A stretch of 64,000 nucleotides of DNA from positions 30,504 to 94,503 of the forward strand of contig DMXL01000007.1 of NCBI GenBank assembly GCA_003483925.1, in the 5' to 3' direction. Each line of letters starts with the position of its first letter. The first letter of the stretch is position 1. Of the stretch, positions 42,616 to 50,535 are shown one piece after another. This stretch comes from Candidatus Peribacteria bacterium. Lineage in GTDB: Bacteria; Patescibacteriota; Gracilibacteria; Peribacterales; Peribacteraceae. The notes under the pieces are model-generated. The model did not search any database. It was not told the origin of the DNA and worked only from the letters and a program-made list of their open reading frames with translations. The position numbers and the translations under genes were made by a program.

Positions 42616-43410
42616 TCAGGTGCCGACACCGGAATCCCAGAGCTGTTCGAACTGCTTGCGATGGACATTCACGAGCTCCGGATGACGGATGATCACGACC
42701 CGCGGGTTGTCCGCATCGCAGATGAAGTGCGCGACGTGATCCTTCGTGAAACCGAGATAGTCCTTCGCCACGGGAATCGAATCGACCAGCCGGGTGGTGC
42801 GCAACTCCTGCGAGTCCCGCTTCGCGAAGGTCTGCGATTCGGGGGAGTGCGTATTGAAAACGCGACAGAACATGTTTCTGCTGAATCTCTTATGCCGGAA
42901 CCCAAGTTCCTCCGGCGCCTCGTCGGACATCCCTGCGACTTTCCAGTAGTTCTGCATGGACCCCATGCAGAGGAACTCGTCACCACAGAGATCGGGGAGC
43001 TTCAGATACTCCTCCCGGAAGGCATCCAGCCCTTCATGCACTTCTATGGGTTCCGTTCCGTCCCGCGCATCCTCCGAGCTGGCATCGATGAACGGCAAGA
43101 AGTGATCCAGGCGTTTGAGGGCCAGTTGCAGGCGCCGTACCTCCCGTTCCTTCGTCGCGAGCTTTTGGATAAGCGCATCGAGCGTCAGCGGCGCGTAGAC
43201 GGATAACTTCTGATTCATCTTCAGTGCCTGCACCAGTCCGCGATCCTGCAAACGCTTCATCGTTCGATAGGCGGTCACGAGATGCATGCTACTCGCGGCA
43301 GAGAGCTCTCCGATCGTTGCGCGGTGGAGCTTCATGAGGAGGAGATACAGTGTAATCTCCTCTCCGCGCAGACCGGCCAAGCTCAAGAGATGTTGGATCC
43401 TGCGACGCAT
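42616..43410 (-). CDS. TrmB-like winged-helix transcriptional regulator embedded in the array
   Basis: The ORF track gives 42616..43488. The ATG at 43408-43410 gives MRRRIQHLLSLAGLRGEEITLYLLLMKLHRATIGELSAASSMHLVTAYRTMKRLQDRGLV (TrmB-type wHTH). A coiled linker and a C-terminal domain follow. Confidence 0.7.
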   Translation of the reverse strand: MRRRIQHLLSLAGLRGEEITLYLLLMKLHRATIGELSAASSMHLVTAYRTMKRLQDRGLVQALKMNQKLSVYAPLTLDALIQKLATKEREVRRLQLALKRLDHFLPFIDASSEDARDGTEPIEVHEGLDAFREEYLKLPDLCGDEFLCMGSMQNYWKVAGMSDEAPEELGFRHKRFSRNMFCRVFNTHSPESQTFAKRDSQELRTTRLVDSIPVAKDYLGFTKDHVAHFICDADNPRVVIIRHPELVNVHRKQFEQLWDSGVGT

Positions 43411-43417
43411 CGCGAAC

Positions 43418-43445
43418 AGTATAGAGTAGGAAGAGAAGATGTAAA
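43418..43445 (-). promoter_or_regulatory. Candidate promoter of the embedded TrmB gene (TTTACA-N16-TATACT)
   Basis: Reverse complement of 43440-43445 is TTTACA and of 43418-43423 is TATACT. The ATG follows 7 nt later. Confidence 0.45.
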
Positions 43446-43463
43446 GAATATTTGTCAACCCGC

Positions 43464-45158
43464 TTAGTACACCTCTTTGAGGTAGCAACTATCACAATAA
43501 ACAATTTCTGGTCGTTCGGGCGGGTACGTGGTTTCGATTGGCTTCCCGCACTTGCCGCACTTCCGGCTCCAGAGCGTACGGGGATTGCGCAGCCGCAGGC
43601 GGCGGTCGTAGCGCTCATCGGGATGCAGGTGCGGGAGGGGGAGCTTCTGCTTGCGATAGAAGTCGAACTCTTGCTTGAGGAGCCGGAAGGGGCGGCCCGT
43701 GGCTTCGCAGACAATGGCCCAATTGACCACGTCGTCGGGAACATCTTCGATGCGATCGGGGAGGCTTTCTGCGGGGATCGTCTTGGAGACGACCGGCTTC
43801 TTCTCCACGATGTCTCTCCAGTAGAACCCCTGAGCGCGCGCCTCTTTCTCCGTGAGCGGCAGATACTCGTGCGCCAGCGATTCGTTGTAGCCGAAGGAGG
43901 AGAGTGACGGCGGGAAATACAGCCCCCATTCCTTGCGCGTCTTCATCTGCTCGATGATCTTCGGCACGAGAGACTCGTACTCCTCCTTCGTGTACTGCTT
44001 ATTGAAGATGCAGTACTGCTTGCGCTGGAGGCCTATGCAGCCGAAACAATCCTTGCAGTGGAAGCAGTACTCGCAGTAGAGGAGATTCTGACTATGAAAA
44101 ACGAAGAGGCAGTAGGCCGTGGCATACGTCTCGATCGTTCCGAGCGTCTCATAGGCAAGCTCCGGCTTGATGTACATGTTTGAGCAGTCGTAGTTGTCCT
44201 TCACCTGCACCCCCACGATCACGTAGCGGGAATCCTGGCTCTCATTCAAGTCGTAGCAATCGAGGCAATTGCGTGAATTTTCGATGAAATCCCCCGTGCA
44301 GTTCTCGCTGCTCACGATGTTGGCATGCCGATGGATCATCGTTTTCTTAAGCTCCATCCACTTCCTGCACATCTCTTCCATTTTGGCTGACGAGCTGCGG
44401 AACTCCCGGACGCGGAGCTCGTACTCCTCCTTGGAGAGCGGCTCATTGAGGAAGTGGTACTGCTTCTGATGGAGATTACTGCAGAGGCAACAGTTGCTGC
44501 AGCCGTTCAAGTTCCATGAGAAGAGGCAGTCGCGGCAGTTTGTCGAAAAGGCGACGAAGGCGCAATTGTAGGATTTGAAGACAGAGAAACACTCGTAGCA
44601 GAGCTCGGAATTATAGAGGTAGGAACAGTCCACAGAATCCTTGCAGCTCTGCAAGAGCTTGCCGTAGTAACAGTCCTCACAGTACTCCGACGAGTTGATG
44701 AGGTAGCAGTTCTTGCAGTAGCCCGTGCCCGCCGTGAAATCGCAATTCTCGTTCCCGATCACCATTGAACCGAGGAGCGGCACGGCCTTGTGAAGAGAGC
44801 CGAACTGCTCGAAGAACGGACGGGAGAAGTCGTAGGGACGACCGTGCTCGATGAAGTCGCGCTTGTCATCGTTCCACTCATCATGCGTGTAGACGGCATC
44901 CGCCTGGCCCCAGATGGGCTCCTCGTGATAGATGGAGATCATCTCCTTCCCCGTCAAAGTCGCGGGCCTGCGGTAGAAATTCCTCTCATTGCGATGACAT
45001 GTCCGGATCTTCAAGCGACACTGAGGGCAGTACACCGGAAGCGGAGGGTGGATGACCTGACTCCCGAAGCGGAAACCGATCTTCTGCAGAAACGCCTCTT
45101 CATCGGGATAAATCTCGAAGGGGTGCTGGCACCAAGAGTTCAAACAAATCTTCTGCAC
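43464..45158 (-). CDS. Cys-rich array paralogue G8 (GTG start)
   Basis: 564 aa. It starts (GTG)QKICLNSWCQHPFEI and ends ..HLHPDERYDRR..CGKCGKPIETTYPPERPEIVYCDSCYLKEVY*. The start codon at 45156-45158 is GTG where its paralogues have ATG. Confidence 0.8.
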   Translation of the reverse strand: MQKICLNSWCQHPFEIYPDEEAFLQKIGFRFGSQVIHPPLPVYCPQCRLKIRTCHRNERNFYRRPATLTGKEMISIYHEEPIWGQADAVYTHDEWNDDKRDFIEHGRPYDFSRPFFEQFGSLHKAVPLLGSMVIGNENCDFTAGTGYCKNCYLINSSEYCEDCYYGKLLQSCKDSVDCSYLYNSELCYECFSVFKSYNCAFVAFSTNCRDCLFSWNLNGCSNCCLCSNLHQKQYHFLNEPLSKEEYELRVREFRSSSAKMEEMCRKWMELKKTMIHRHANIVSSENCTGDFIENSRNCLDCYDLNESQDSRYVIVGVQVKDNYDCSNMYIKPELAYETLGTIETYATAYCLFVFHSQNLLYCEYCFHCKDCFGCIGLQRKQYCIFNKQYTKEEYESLVPKIIEQMKTRKEWGLYFPPSLSSFGYNESLAHEYLPLTEKEARAQGFYWRDIVEKKPVVSKTIPAESLPDRIEDVPDDVVNWAIVCEATGRPFRLLKQEFDFYRKQKLPLPHLHPDERYDRRLRLRNPRTLWSRKCGKCGKPIETTYPPERPEIVYCDSCYLKEVY

Positions 45159-45240
45159 ACTCTGATTCTAGCAAGGAATGAGGGGCATGTAGTACGTATT
45201 ATGTATGGGGATATGGGATTGGTTCTCCTGCCCATACCCC
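45159..45240 (-). promoter_or_regulatory. Array junction cassette (short variant) plus extended -10 (TGCTAGAAT) for G8
   Basis: Reverse complement of 45165-45173 is TGCTAGAAT, 6 nt from the GTG. Confidence 0.5.
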
Positions 45241-46938
45241 TTAATACACCTCTTTGAGGTAACACTCCTCGCACAGCACCCTCTCCGCCCGTTTAGGGGC
45301 GAATGTGGACTCAATTTCCCGGCCGCACTCGGAACACGGACGCTTCCAGAGCCGACGGGGCGGCCGTCGCTTTAGACGATCCTCATGCCGCTCCTCCGGA
45401 TGCAGATGCGGCAGGGGGAGATGATGCGCCCTGTAGAACTCCAGTTCCTGTTTGATGATACGAAACGGCCGCTTCGTTTTCTCCGAAGTGACAGCCCAGT
45501 TGAGCACATCATCCGGAATCTCCTCGATTGATTGCGGAAGCTCGCCGGCGGGAATCACCTTCTTCACATTCAAAGGCTCATCCACCTCATCACGCCATTT
45601 GTATCCACGCCTGATGGCCTCTTGTTTGGAAATCGGAAAGTATTCCATAGCGATCGTTTCATTGAATGCGAAGGGGCAAACATCTTTGGGGAAGTACTCG
45701 CCCCATTCGTCAGTCTTCCGCATGTGCGCGATAAGTTTTTCGCGCCGCTTTCCGTACTCTTCCTCAGAATATTCCTTGTTCAGAATGCAGTACTGCTTCT
45801 TCTTCAAACCCACACAGCCGAAACAGTTGCGGCATCCGACACAGCTGTCGCAGTACTCCAGATCGGAATTATTTGTGGCACAGGTGGTGCAGAATTTCAG
45901 ATTGAAGGCGTTATTCCCGCATGCTGAACACTGGTACAGTCGTTCGGCCTTGTCGCCCCAGGAGTTGTAGTCCATGCAGGATTTCACGCCCATCGCCACC
46001 TTGGCGCAGTATCGGCAATCCTCCAGATCCTTGCAGTCCAGGCACTGAAACGCGTTCTTAGAGTCGTACAGATGGTCCCCCGTGCAGTTCTCGTTGCGCT
46101 CCGTTTGCGCGTAGCGCTGCGGCTGACTTACGAAGAACTCCTCCGCCTTCTTGTGGAAGGCTCTCATGCCGTCCGTTGTATCCAAATGAAGCTCGGCTTT
46201 GCGCTTCGCGAATTCCTCTCTGGAGAGCCGCTTGTTGAAGATCATGTACTGCTTCTGCCGCTGGTTAATGCAACCGATGCAATCACGGCAACCGATGCAG
46301 TTCTTGAGAAAAAAGCTTCCGGAACAATTCTGACAATCCTGCGAAGAGAAGACGGCGTGGCAGCCGGTGCAATCCACGCTCTCATAGCAAATTTCACTGT
46401 CGTAGCAATTACTGCAATCGACCATATTTTTGCAGTGGTAGACGCGATTGCTGTAGTAACAGTCTTCGTTGTAGTCCACTTCGAAAGACAGGTAGCAGTT
46501 CTTGAGAAAACCGGCGCAGTTCACGTAGTCGCTGTTCTCGATCGTATCCTGAATCAGGAAACGCGCCTGATGCGGCACCACGTTCTTGAGCGCCAGAAAC
46601 TGCGGAAAGAACGGCTGCGAGAAATCGATGTCGCGGCCGAATGCGAGCCCGTCGAAGCGATCACTCCACCACTCCTCCGGTTCAAAGACAGGAAAAGGAT
46701 GATCCGCGTGGTACTGCGAAAGAATACGTTTGCCGGTGGCATCGGATATGCGCCAGTAGAGCCTGCGCGCATCGCGCTCGATCATGCGGCGCATGAGCCT
46801 GCACTCCGGACAGGATTTGGGATCCGGAACGTCAAAATCGCGCAACAATCTCCGATCATCGTCGGAGATCTCGAAGGATGTGCCGCATTCGACGCAGGCT
46901 TGCCGGCCGAAGGCTGGACGAAGGCTGGAACGCTTCAT
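45241..46938 (-). CDS. Cys-rich array paralogue G9
   Basis: 565 aa with a divergent N-terminus (MKRSSLRPAFGRQACVECGTSFEISDDD..CPECRLMRR). It ends ..CSECGREIESTFAPKRAERVLCEECYLKEVY*. Confidence 0.85.
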   Translation of the reverse strand: MKRSSLRPAFGRQACVECGTSFEISDDDRRLLRDFDVPDPKSCPECRLMRRMIERDARRLYWRISDATGKRILSQYHADHPFPVFEPEEWWSDRFDGLAFGRDIDFSQPFFPQFLALKNVVPHQARFLIQDTIENSDYVNCAGFLKNCYLSFEVDYNEDCYYSNRVYHCKNMVDCSNCYDSEICYESVDCTGCHAVFSSQDCQNCSGSFFLKNCIGCRDCIGCINQRQKQYMIFNKRLSREEFAKRKAELHLDTTDGMRAFHKKAEEFFVSQPQRYAQTERNENCTGDHLYDSKNAFQCLDCKDLEDCRYCAKVAMGVKSCMDYNSWGDKAERLYQCSACGNNAFNLKFCTTCATNNSDLEYCDSCVGCRNCFGCVGLKKKQYCILNKEYSEEEYGKRREKLIAHMRKTDEWGEYFPKDVCPFAFNETIAMEYFPISKQEAIRRGYKWRDEVDEPLNVKKVIPAGELPQSIEEIPDDVLNWAVTSEKTKRPFRIIKQELEFYRAHHLPLPHLHPEERHEDRLKRRPPRRLWKRPCSECGREIESTFAPKRAERVLCEECYLKEVY

Positions 46939-47005
46939 GTGATCAGTATACTTCCTTCAAATAACACTCCTCGCCCATTCGACTTCGCTCAGAGTGAAAA
47001 TTGCT
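46939..47005 (-). repeat. REP-like core plus ghost terminus between G10 and G9
   Basis: The minus strand reads AGCAATTTTCACTCTGAGCGAAGTCGA-ATGGGCGAGGAGTGTTATTTGAAGGAAGTATACTGA-TCAC-ATG(G9). The ghost MGEECYLKEVY* is in frame with G10 behind its TGA. Confidence 0.7.
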
Positions 47006-48694
47006 TCAGTAAACCTCTTGAAGATAGCAATTTTCGCAATAGACGATTTCCGGCCGCTCGGGCGCGTAGGTCGTCTCAATTCCCTTTTTACACTTCGCAC
47101 AATTGCGCTTCCAAAGCTTGTAAGGGTTCCTGCGCATCAATCTCTGTCTGTGTCGCTCATCGGGATGGAAGTGCGGCAAGGGAAGCTGCATCTTCCGATA
47201 GAAGTCCATTTCCTGTTTGACGATCTGGAACGGGCGACCCGTTGCTTCACACTCGATGGGTTGGTTGAGCATATCGTCTGAAACATTGGAGATGTCCTCC
47301 GGCAGCTTATGAGCGGAAATATTCTTCCCCGTCTTGGGAGCCTCTTCGACATCGTTGCGCCAACGCCACCCCCCTCTTTCCGCAGATTCTTGCGTGAGCG
47401 GGCAATATTCCTGGGCAATGGTCTCGTTGTACGCAAATGGACTGAGGCTTGCCGGCAAGTACTCGCCCCATTCGCCGTTCGCCCGCATGGATGCGATAAT
47501 TTTCGCCACCAGCGTCTCGTACTCATCCTTCGTATACTGCTTGTTCAAAATGCAGTACCGTTTGTTCTTCAGAGCTACGCAGCCGAAGATGTCGTTGTTG
47601 TGATGACACTCCAGCGAATAGTACACATCGGATCCGTACCAAACGTAGAAACAGGCCATCGACGATTCCAGATCCACCGTGGAACAGACGCTGTAGCAAT
47701 ACCTGTCCCCGTCCGGAGCGCAGAAGGCGCAGTCCTGCGTGCAGAGAGTTTTCGGCGAGAAGTAAATGTATTTGCAGTCTTCGCATTTCTTGCAGTCAAA
47801 GGCATTGAAGCAGTTTTTGGAATTGTAGACACCATCCCCCGTGCAGTTCTCGGAAGCATAAATATTCGCATGCGGGTGGGGCAGTGATGCCTTGAGTTCC
47901 GAAAGCTTTTTCTGAAGACGACCGATGCTGGCATGGGAAAGCGAGGAGAATTCCCGGGAAAGACGCCCGTACTCTTCCGCTGAATATGATTGGTTGAATA
48001 TACAGTACTGCTTCGCCCTCAAGCCGAAACATCCGATGCAATCCGTGCAACCAAGACAGTCTTCGATCATCGTGCAATTGCGGCAATTCCGGCAATTCAC
48101 GAAAAATCGACATCCGTAGCACTGCTCGGAAGCCACACCCTCGTAACAGAGCTCGGACGAATACACCGACAGACAGTCGACGCAGTCTTTGCAGTACACC
48201 ACGAATTTCCCATAGAGGCAGTCCTCATCGTCTCCTGCGCCGAATACCAGATAGCAATTCTTCTGGTTCAGGGCGTAGTTCGTGTAACTGCTGTTCTCGA
48301 TATTCGTGTTGTAGAGCGCGACATGGGGCACTTCCGCGTACAGCTCCTTGAGCTGCTGCCTCAGCGTTCTGGAAAAGTCGTACGCACGACCGTAGGCGAG
48401 CGCATCCCAGCGGTCACCCCACCATGCATCGCGATCGTAGACTTTGTATGGCATATCCGGAGCATAGATGGAGAGCATCGGTTTCCCTGTCAGATCGCAG
48501 GTGCGGTGGTACAGCTTCCTCTCGTTCCGGAAAGAAAGACGCAATTGCTGCCGGCATTCCGGGCACAGAGTCGGCGGCGGAATGGGCTCCTTCTTCCCGT
48601 TGAATACGGGTGAAACCCGCTCGTAGAACTCAAGATCGCCTTCGGTAATCTCGAAGGGCTGCTTGCACCAAACGTTCGCGCAGGTTTTCTGCAT
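47006..48694 (-). CDS. Cys-rich array paralogue G10
   Basis: 562 aa. It starts MQKTCANVWCKQPFEITEGDL and ends ..CAKCKKGIETTYAPERPEIVYCENCYLQEVY*. Confidence 0.85.
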   Translation of the reverse strand: MQKTCANVWCKQPFEITEGDLEFYERVSPVFNGKKEPIPPPTLCPECRQQLRLSFRNERKLYHRTCDLTGKPMLSIYAPDMPYKVYDRDAWWGDRWDALAYGRAYDFSRTLRQQLKELYAEVPHVALYNTNIENSSYTNYALNQKNCYLVFGAGDDEDCLYGKFVVYCKDCVDCLSVYSSELCYEGVASEQCYGCRFFVNCRNCRNCTMIEDCLGCTDCIGCFGLRAKQYCIFNQSYSAEEYGRLSREFSSLSHASIGRLQKKLSELKASLPHPHANIYASENCTGDGVYNSKNCFNAFDCKKCEDCKYIYFSPKTLCTQDCAFCAPDGDRYCYSVCSTVDLESSMACFYVWYGSDVYYSLECHHNNDIFGCVALKNKRYCILNKQYTKDEYETLVAKIIASMRANGEWGEYLPASLSPFAYNETIAQEYCPLTQESAERGGWRWRNDVEEAPKTGKNISAHKLPEDISNVSDDMLNQPIECEATGRPFQIVKQEMDFYRKMQLPLPHFHPDERHRQRLMRRNPYKLWKRNCAKCKKGIETTYAPERPEIVYCENCYLQEVY

Positions 48695-48763
48695 GGACGA
48701 TCAGTATACCTCTTTCAAAGAGCATTCCTCGCCCATTCGACTTCGCTCAGAGTGAAAATTGCT
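48695..48763 (-). repeat. REP-like core plus ghost terminus between G11 and G10
   Basis: The first 40 nt are the same as in 46939..47005. The ghost MGEECSLKEVY* ends 6 nt before the G10 ATG and is in frame behind the G11 TGA. Confidence 0.7.
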
Positions 48764-50428
48764 TCAGTAAACCTCTTGAAGATAGCAATTTTCGCAATAG
48801 ACGGTCTCCGGCCGCTCCGGCGCGTAGGTCGTCTCGATGGGCTTCTTGCACTTCATGCACGTGCGCTTCCAGAGATGACGGGGGTTGCGGAGTGCGAAAC
48901 GCTCCCTCTGCCTCTGCATGAAACACTTGCGAGGCAAAGGCAGTTTCATCGTACGATAAAACGTAAGTTCTTTCGGAATAATTTTGTAAAGCTTGCCGGA
49001 AGATTCGCAGCGCAAAATCTTGTCGCAAATACCTTCATCTGTGTCTCGGATATCGTCAGGCACAGGCACAATTGGACCGAGGTAATTCTGCTCCTCTGAT
49101 CCTTCCTCTTCCTCCTTCCACCTCCATCCTTTCTTCAACACCTGTTCCCTCGTTAACGGGAAGTACTCCTGTGCGATGGTTTCGTTGTAGCCGAACGGTG
49201 AGAGCTCCCGTGGGAAGAATTGCCCCCACTCCTTGGTTTTCCGCATGTGCTCGATGATCCTCGGGACAATCTGTTCGTACTTCTCCTTCGTGTACTGCTT
49301 ATTCAAGATGCAGTAACGCTTCTGCTTGAGACTGACGCAGCCGAAACAATCTTTACAACCATGGCAAGTGTCGCAGTAGGAGAGATTTGCATTGTCATTC
49401 TGACACGCATGACAGGCGATGAGCCGGTAGTTCGGGCCGATGGTGAGGCAGTTGTAGCAAAGCTCGGCGCGCGCGCCCGCGTTGATCCCGCAAAAATTGC
49501 AATCGAGGGAATCGGAGAAGCTGTCGAGCGTGGCGCTGTACAACGTATCTTCGCAGTTCTTCAGATCGTACCCGTCGTAGATGTTCCTGCAATTATAGAG
49601 GTAATCCCCGGTCACCTTCTCACAATTGAAGCCATGGTAATGCTTCACGATTTCCTTACCGATCAGGCTCTGTACCCGCTTCCTTGCCAGCTCCACGGTT
49701 CGTATGTTTCCCGTATTCAGCTCGGCGATTTTTTGCCGATACTCCTCTTTGGAATGGGGCTCGTTAAAAATGTGGCACTCCTTGTTCTTCAGTCCCACGC
49801 ATCCGAAGCAATCGTGGCATCCCACGCAATGCACGAGAAACATCGACGCAGAGCAATTGTCACAGTCACGTGAAAAGCTGAGTGTGTGGCACTGGACGCA
49901 ATCGATGCACTCGTAGCAATATTCCGATCGATAGGTGTAGAGGCAATCGTAGCAATTCTGGGATTGCCAAACGATATGACCGTACATGCAGTCTTCGTTT
50001 CCGACGTTCCCGAAGACAAGATAGCAATTGCGGCTGCCATTCGACATGTTGCAATAGTCGCAATTCTCGCAGTTGACGTTCATGAACGCGATGCGCGGAA
50101 CCGTGCGATGGAGGACAGCCATTTGCTCGAAGAATGGACGTGAGAAATCCATGTCGATTCCGAAGCTGAGACCATCCCATTTGTCGCTCCACCATTCCTG
50201 CAACCCGTAAACGGGAAAGGGGGTTCCGGTGTCATAGACCGACAGCATTTTCTTTCCGGTGAGATCGCACGTGCGGTGATAGAGGTGAAAGAAATTGCGG
50301 AACATGAGCCGCCGCTGGCGGCGGCAGGCCGGGCATTCCACCGGCTCCGGCACGTCCAGCACACGATAGAGCTCCTGCTCCTTGGGGAGGAGAGGGAACG
50401 CCGCGCTGCAATACGTGCATGTCGGCAT
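48764..50428 (-). CDS. Cys-rich array paralogue G11
   Basis: 554 aa. It starts MPTCTYCSAAFPLLPKEQELY..CPACRRQRR and ends ..CMKCKKPIETTYAPERPETVYCENCYLQEVY*. Confidence 0.85.
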   Translation of the reverse strand: MPTCTYCSAAFPLLPKEQELYRVLDVPEPVECPACRRQRRLMFRNFFHLYHRTCDLTGKKMLSVYDTGTPFPVYGLQEWWSDKWDGLSFGIDMDFSRPFFEQMAVLHRTVPRIAFMNVNCENCDYCNMSNGSRNCYLVFGNVGNEDCMYGHIVWQSQNCYDCLYTYRSEYCYECIDCVQCHTLSFSRDCDNCSASMFLVHCVGCHDCFGCVGLKNKECHIFNEPHSKEEYRQKIAELNTGNIRTVELARKRVQSLIGKEIVKHYHGFNCEKVTGDYLYNCRNIYDGYDLKNCEDTLYSATLDSFSDSLDCNFCGINAGARAELCYNCLTIGPNYRLIACHACQNDNANLSYCDTCHGCKDCFGCVSLKQKRYCILNKQYTKEKYEQIVPRIIEHMRKTKEWGQFFPRELSPFGYNETIAQEYFPLTREQVLKKGWRWKEEEEGSEEQNYLGPIVPVPDDIRDTDEGICDKILRCESSGKLYKIIPKELTFYRTMKLPLPRKCFMQRQRERFALRNPRHLWKRTCMKCKKPIETTYAPERPETVYCENCYLQEVY

Positions 50429-50429
50429 A

Positions 50430-50534
50430 TCAATAAACTGTGGAGAGGTAACACTCTTCGCCCTTCGACTCGTTGCTTCGCTCCTCGCTCAGGGTGAATC
50501 TTGCGGTGCCGTTGGTGATCGGTTGGAGTGCCAT
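50430..50534 (-). CDS. Possible bridging small ORF (34 aa) between G12 and G11
   Basis: It encodes MALQPITNGTARFTLSEERSNESKGEECYLSTVY*. Its ATG lies 1 nt after the G12 TGA, and its TGA lies 1 nt before the G11 ATG. It covers the REP-like core and the ghost terminus. Confidence 0.3.
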   Translation of the reverse strand: MALQPITNGTARFTLSEERSNESKGEECYLSTVY

Positions 50535-50535
50535 C

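Noticed and set aside
43411-43488. Longer N-terminus of the embedded TrmB ORF overlapping the 3' end of G8
   Set aside because: The extension (MLPQRGVLSGLTNILYIFSSYSILFA) overlaps the G8 stop region and the TTTACA-N16-TATACT promoter. The wHTH begins right after the ATG at 43410.
47006-47008. UGA recoding (genetic code 4 or 25), suggested by in-frame sequence behind the G10 and G11 TGA stops
   Set aside because: TGA terminates many conserved genes at their expected ends (rpe, rplQ, infA and several paralogues ending CYLKEVY). The G3 and G2 junctions have a second in-frame TGA. The standard code gives full-length homologues throughout.
46072-47220. Antisense ORFs across the paralogue array (for example 46072..47220 at 382 aa, 51085..52209 at 374 aa, 39977..40999 at 340 aa and 52950..53846 at 298 aa)
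   Set aside because: Each lies opposite a conserved family member, lacks any shared motif or start context, and has the skewed composition of a shadow frame.
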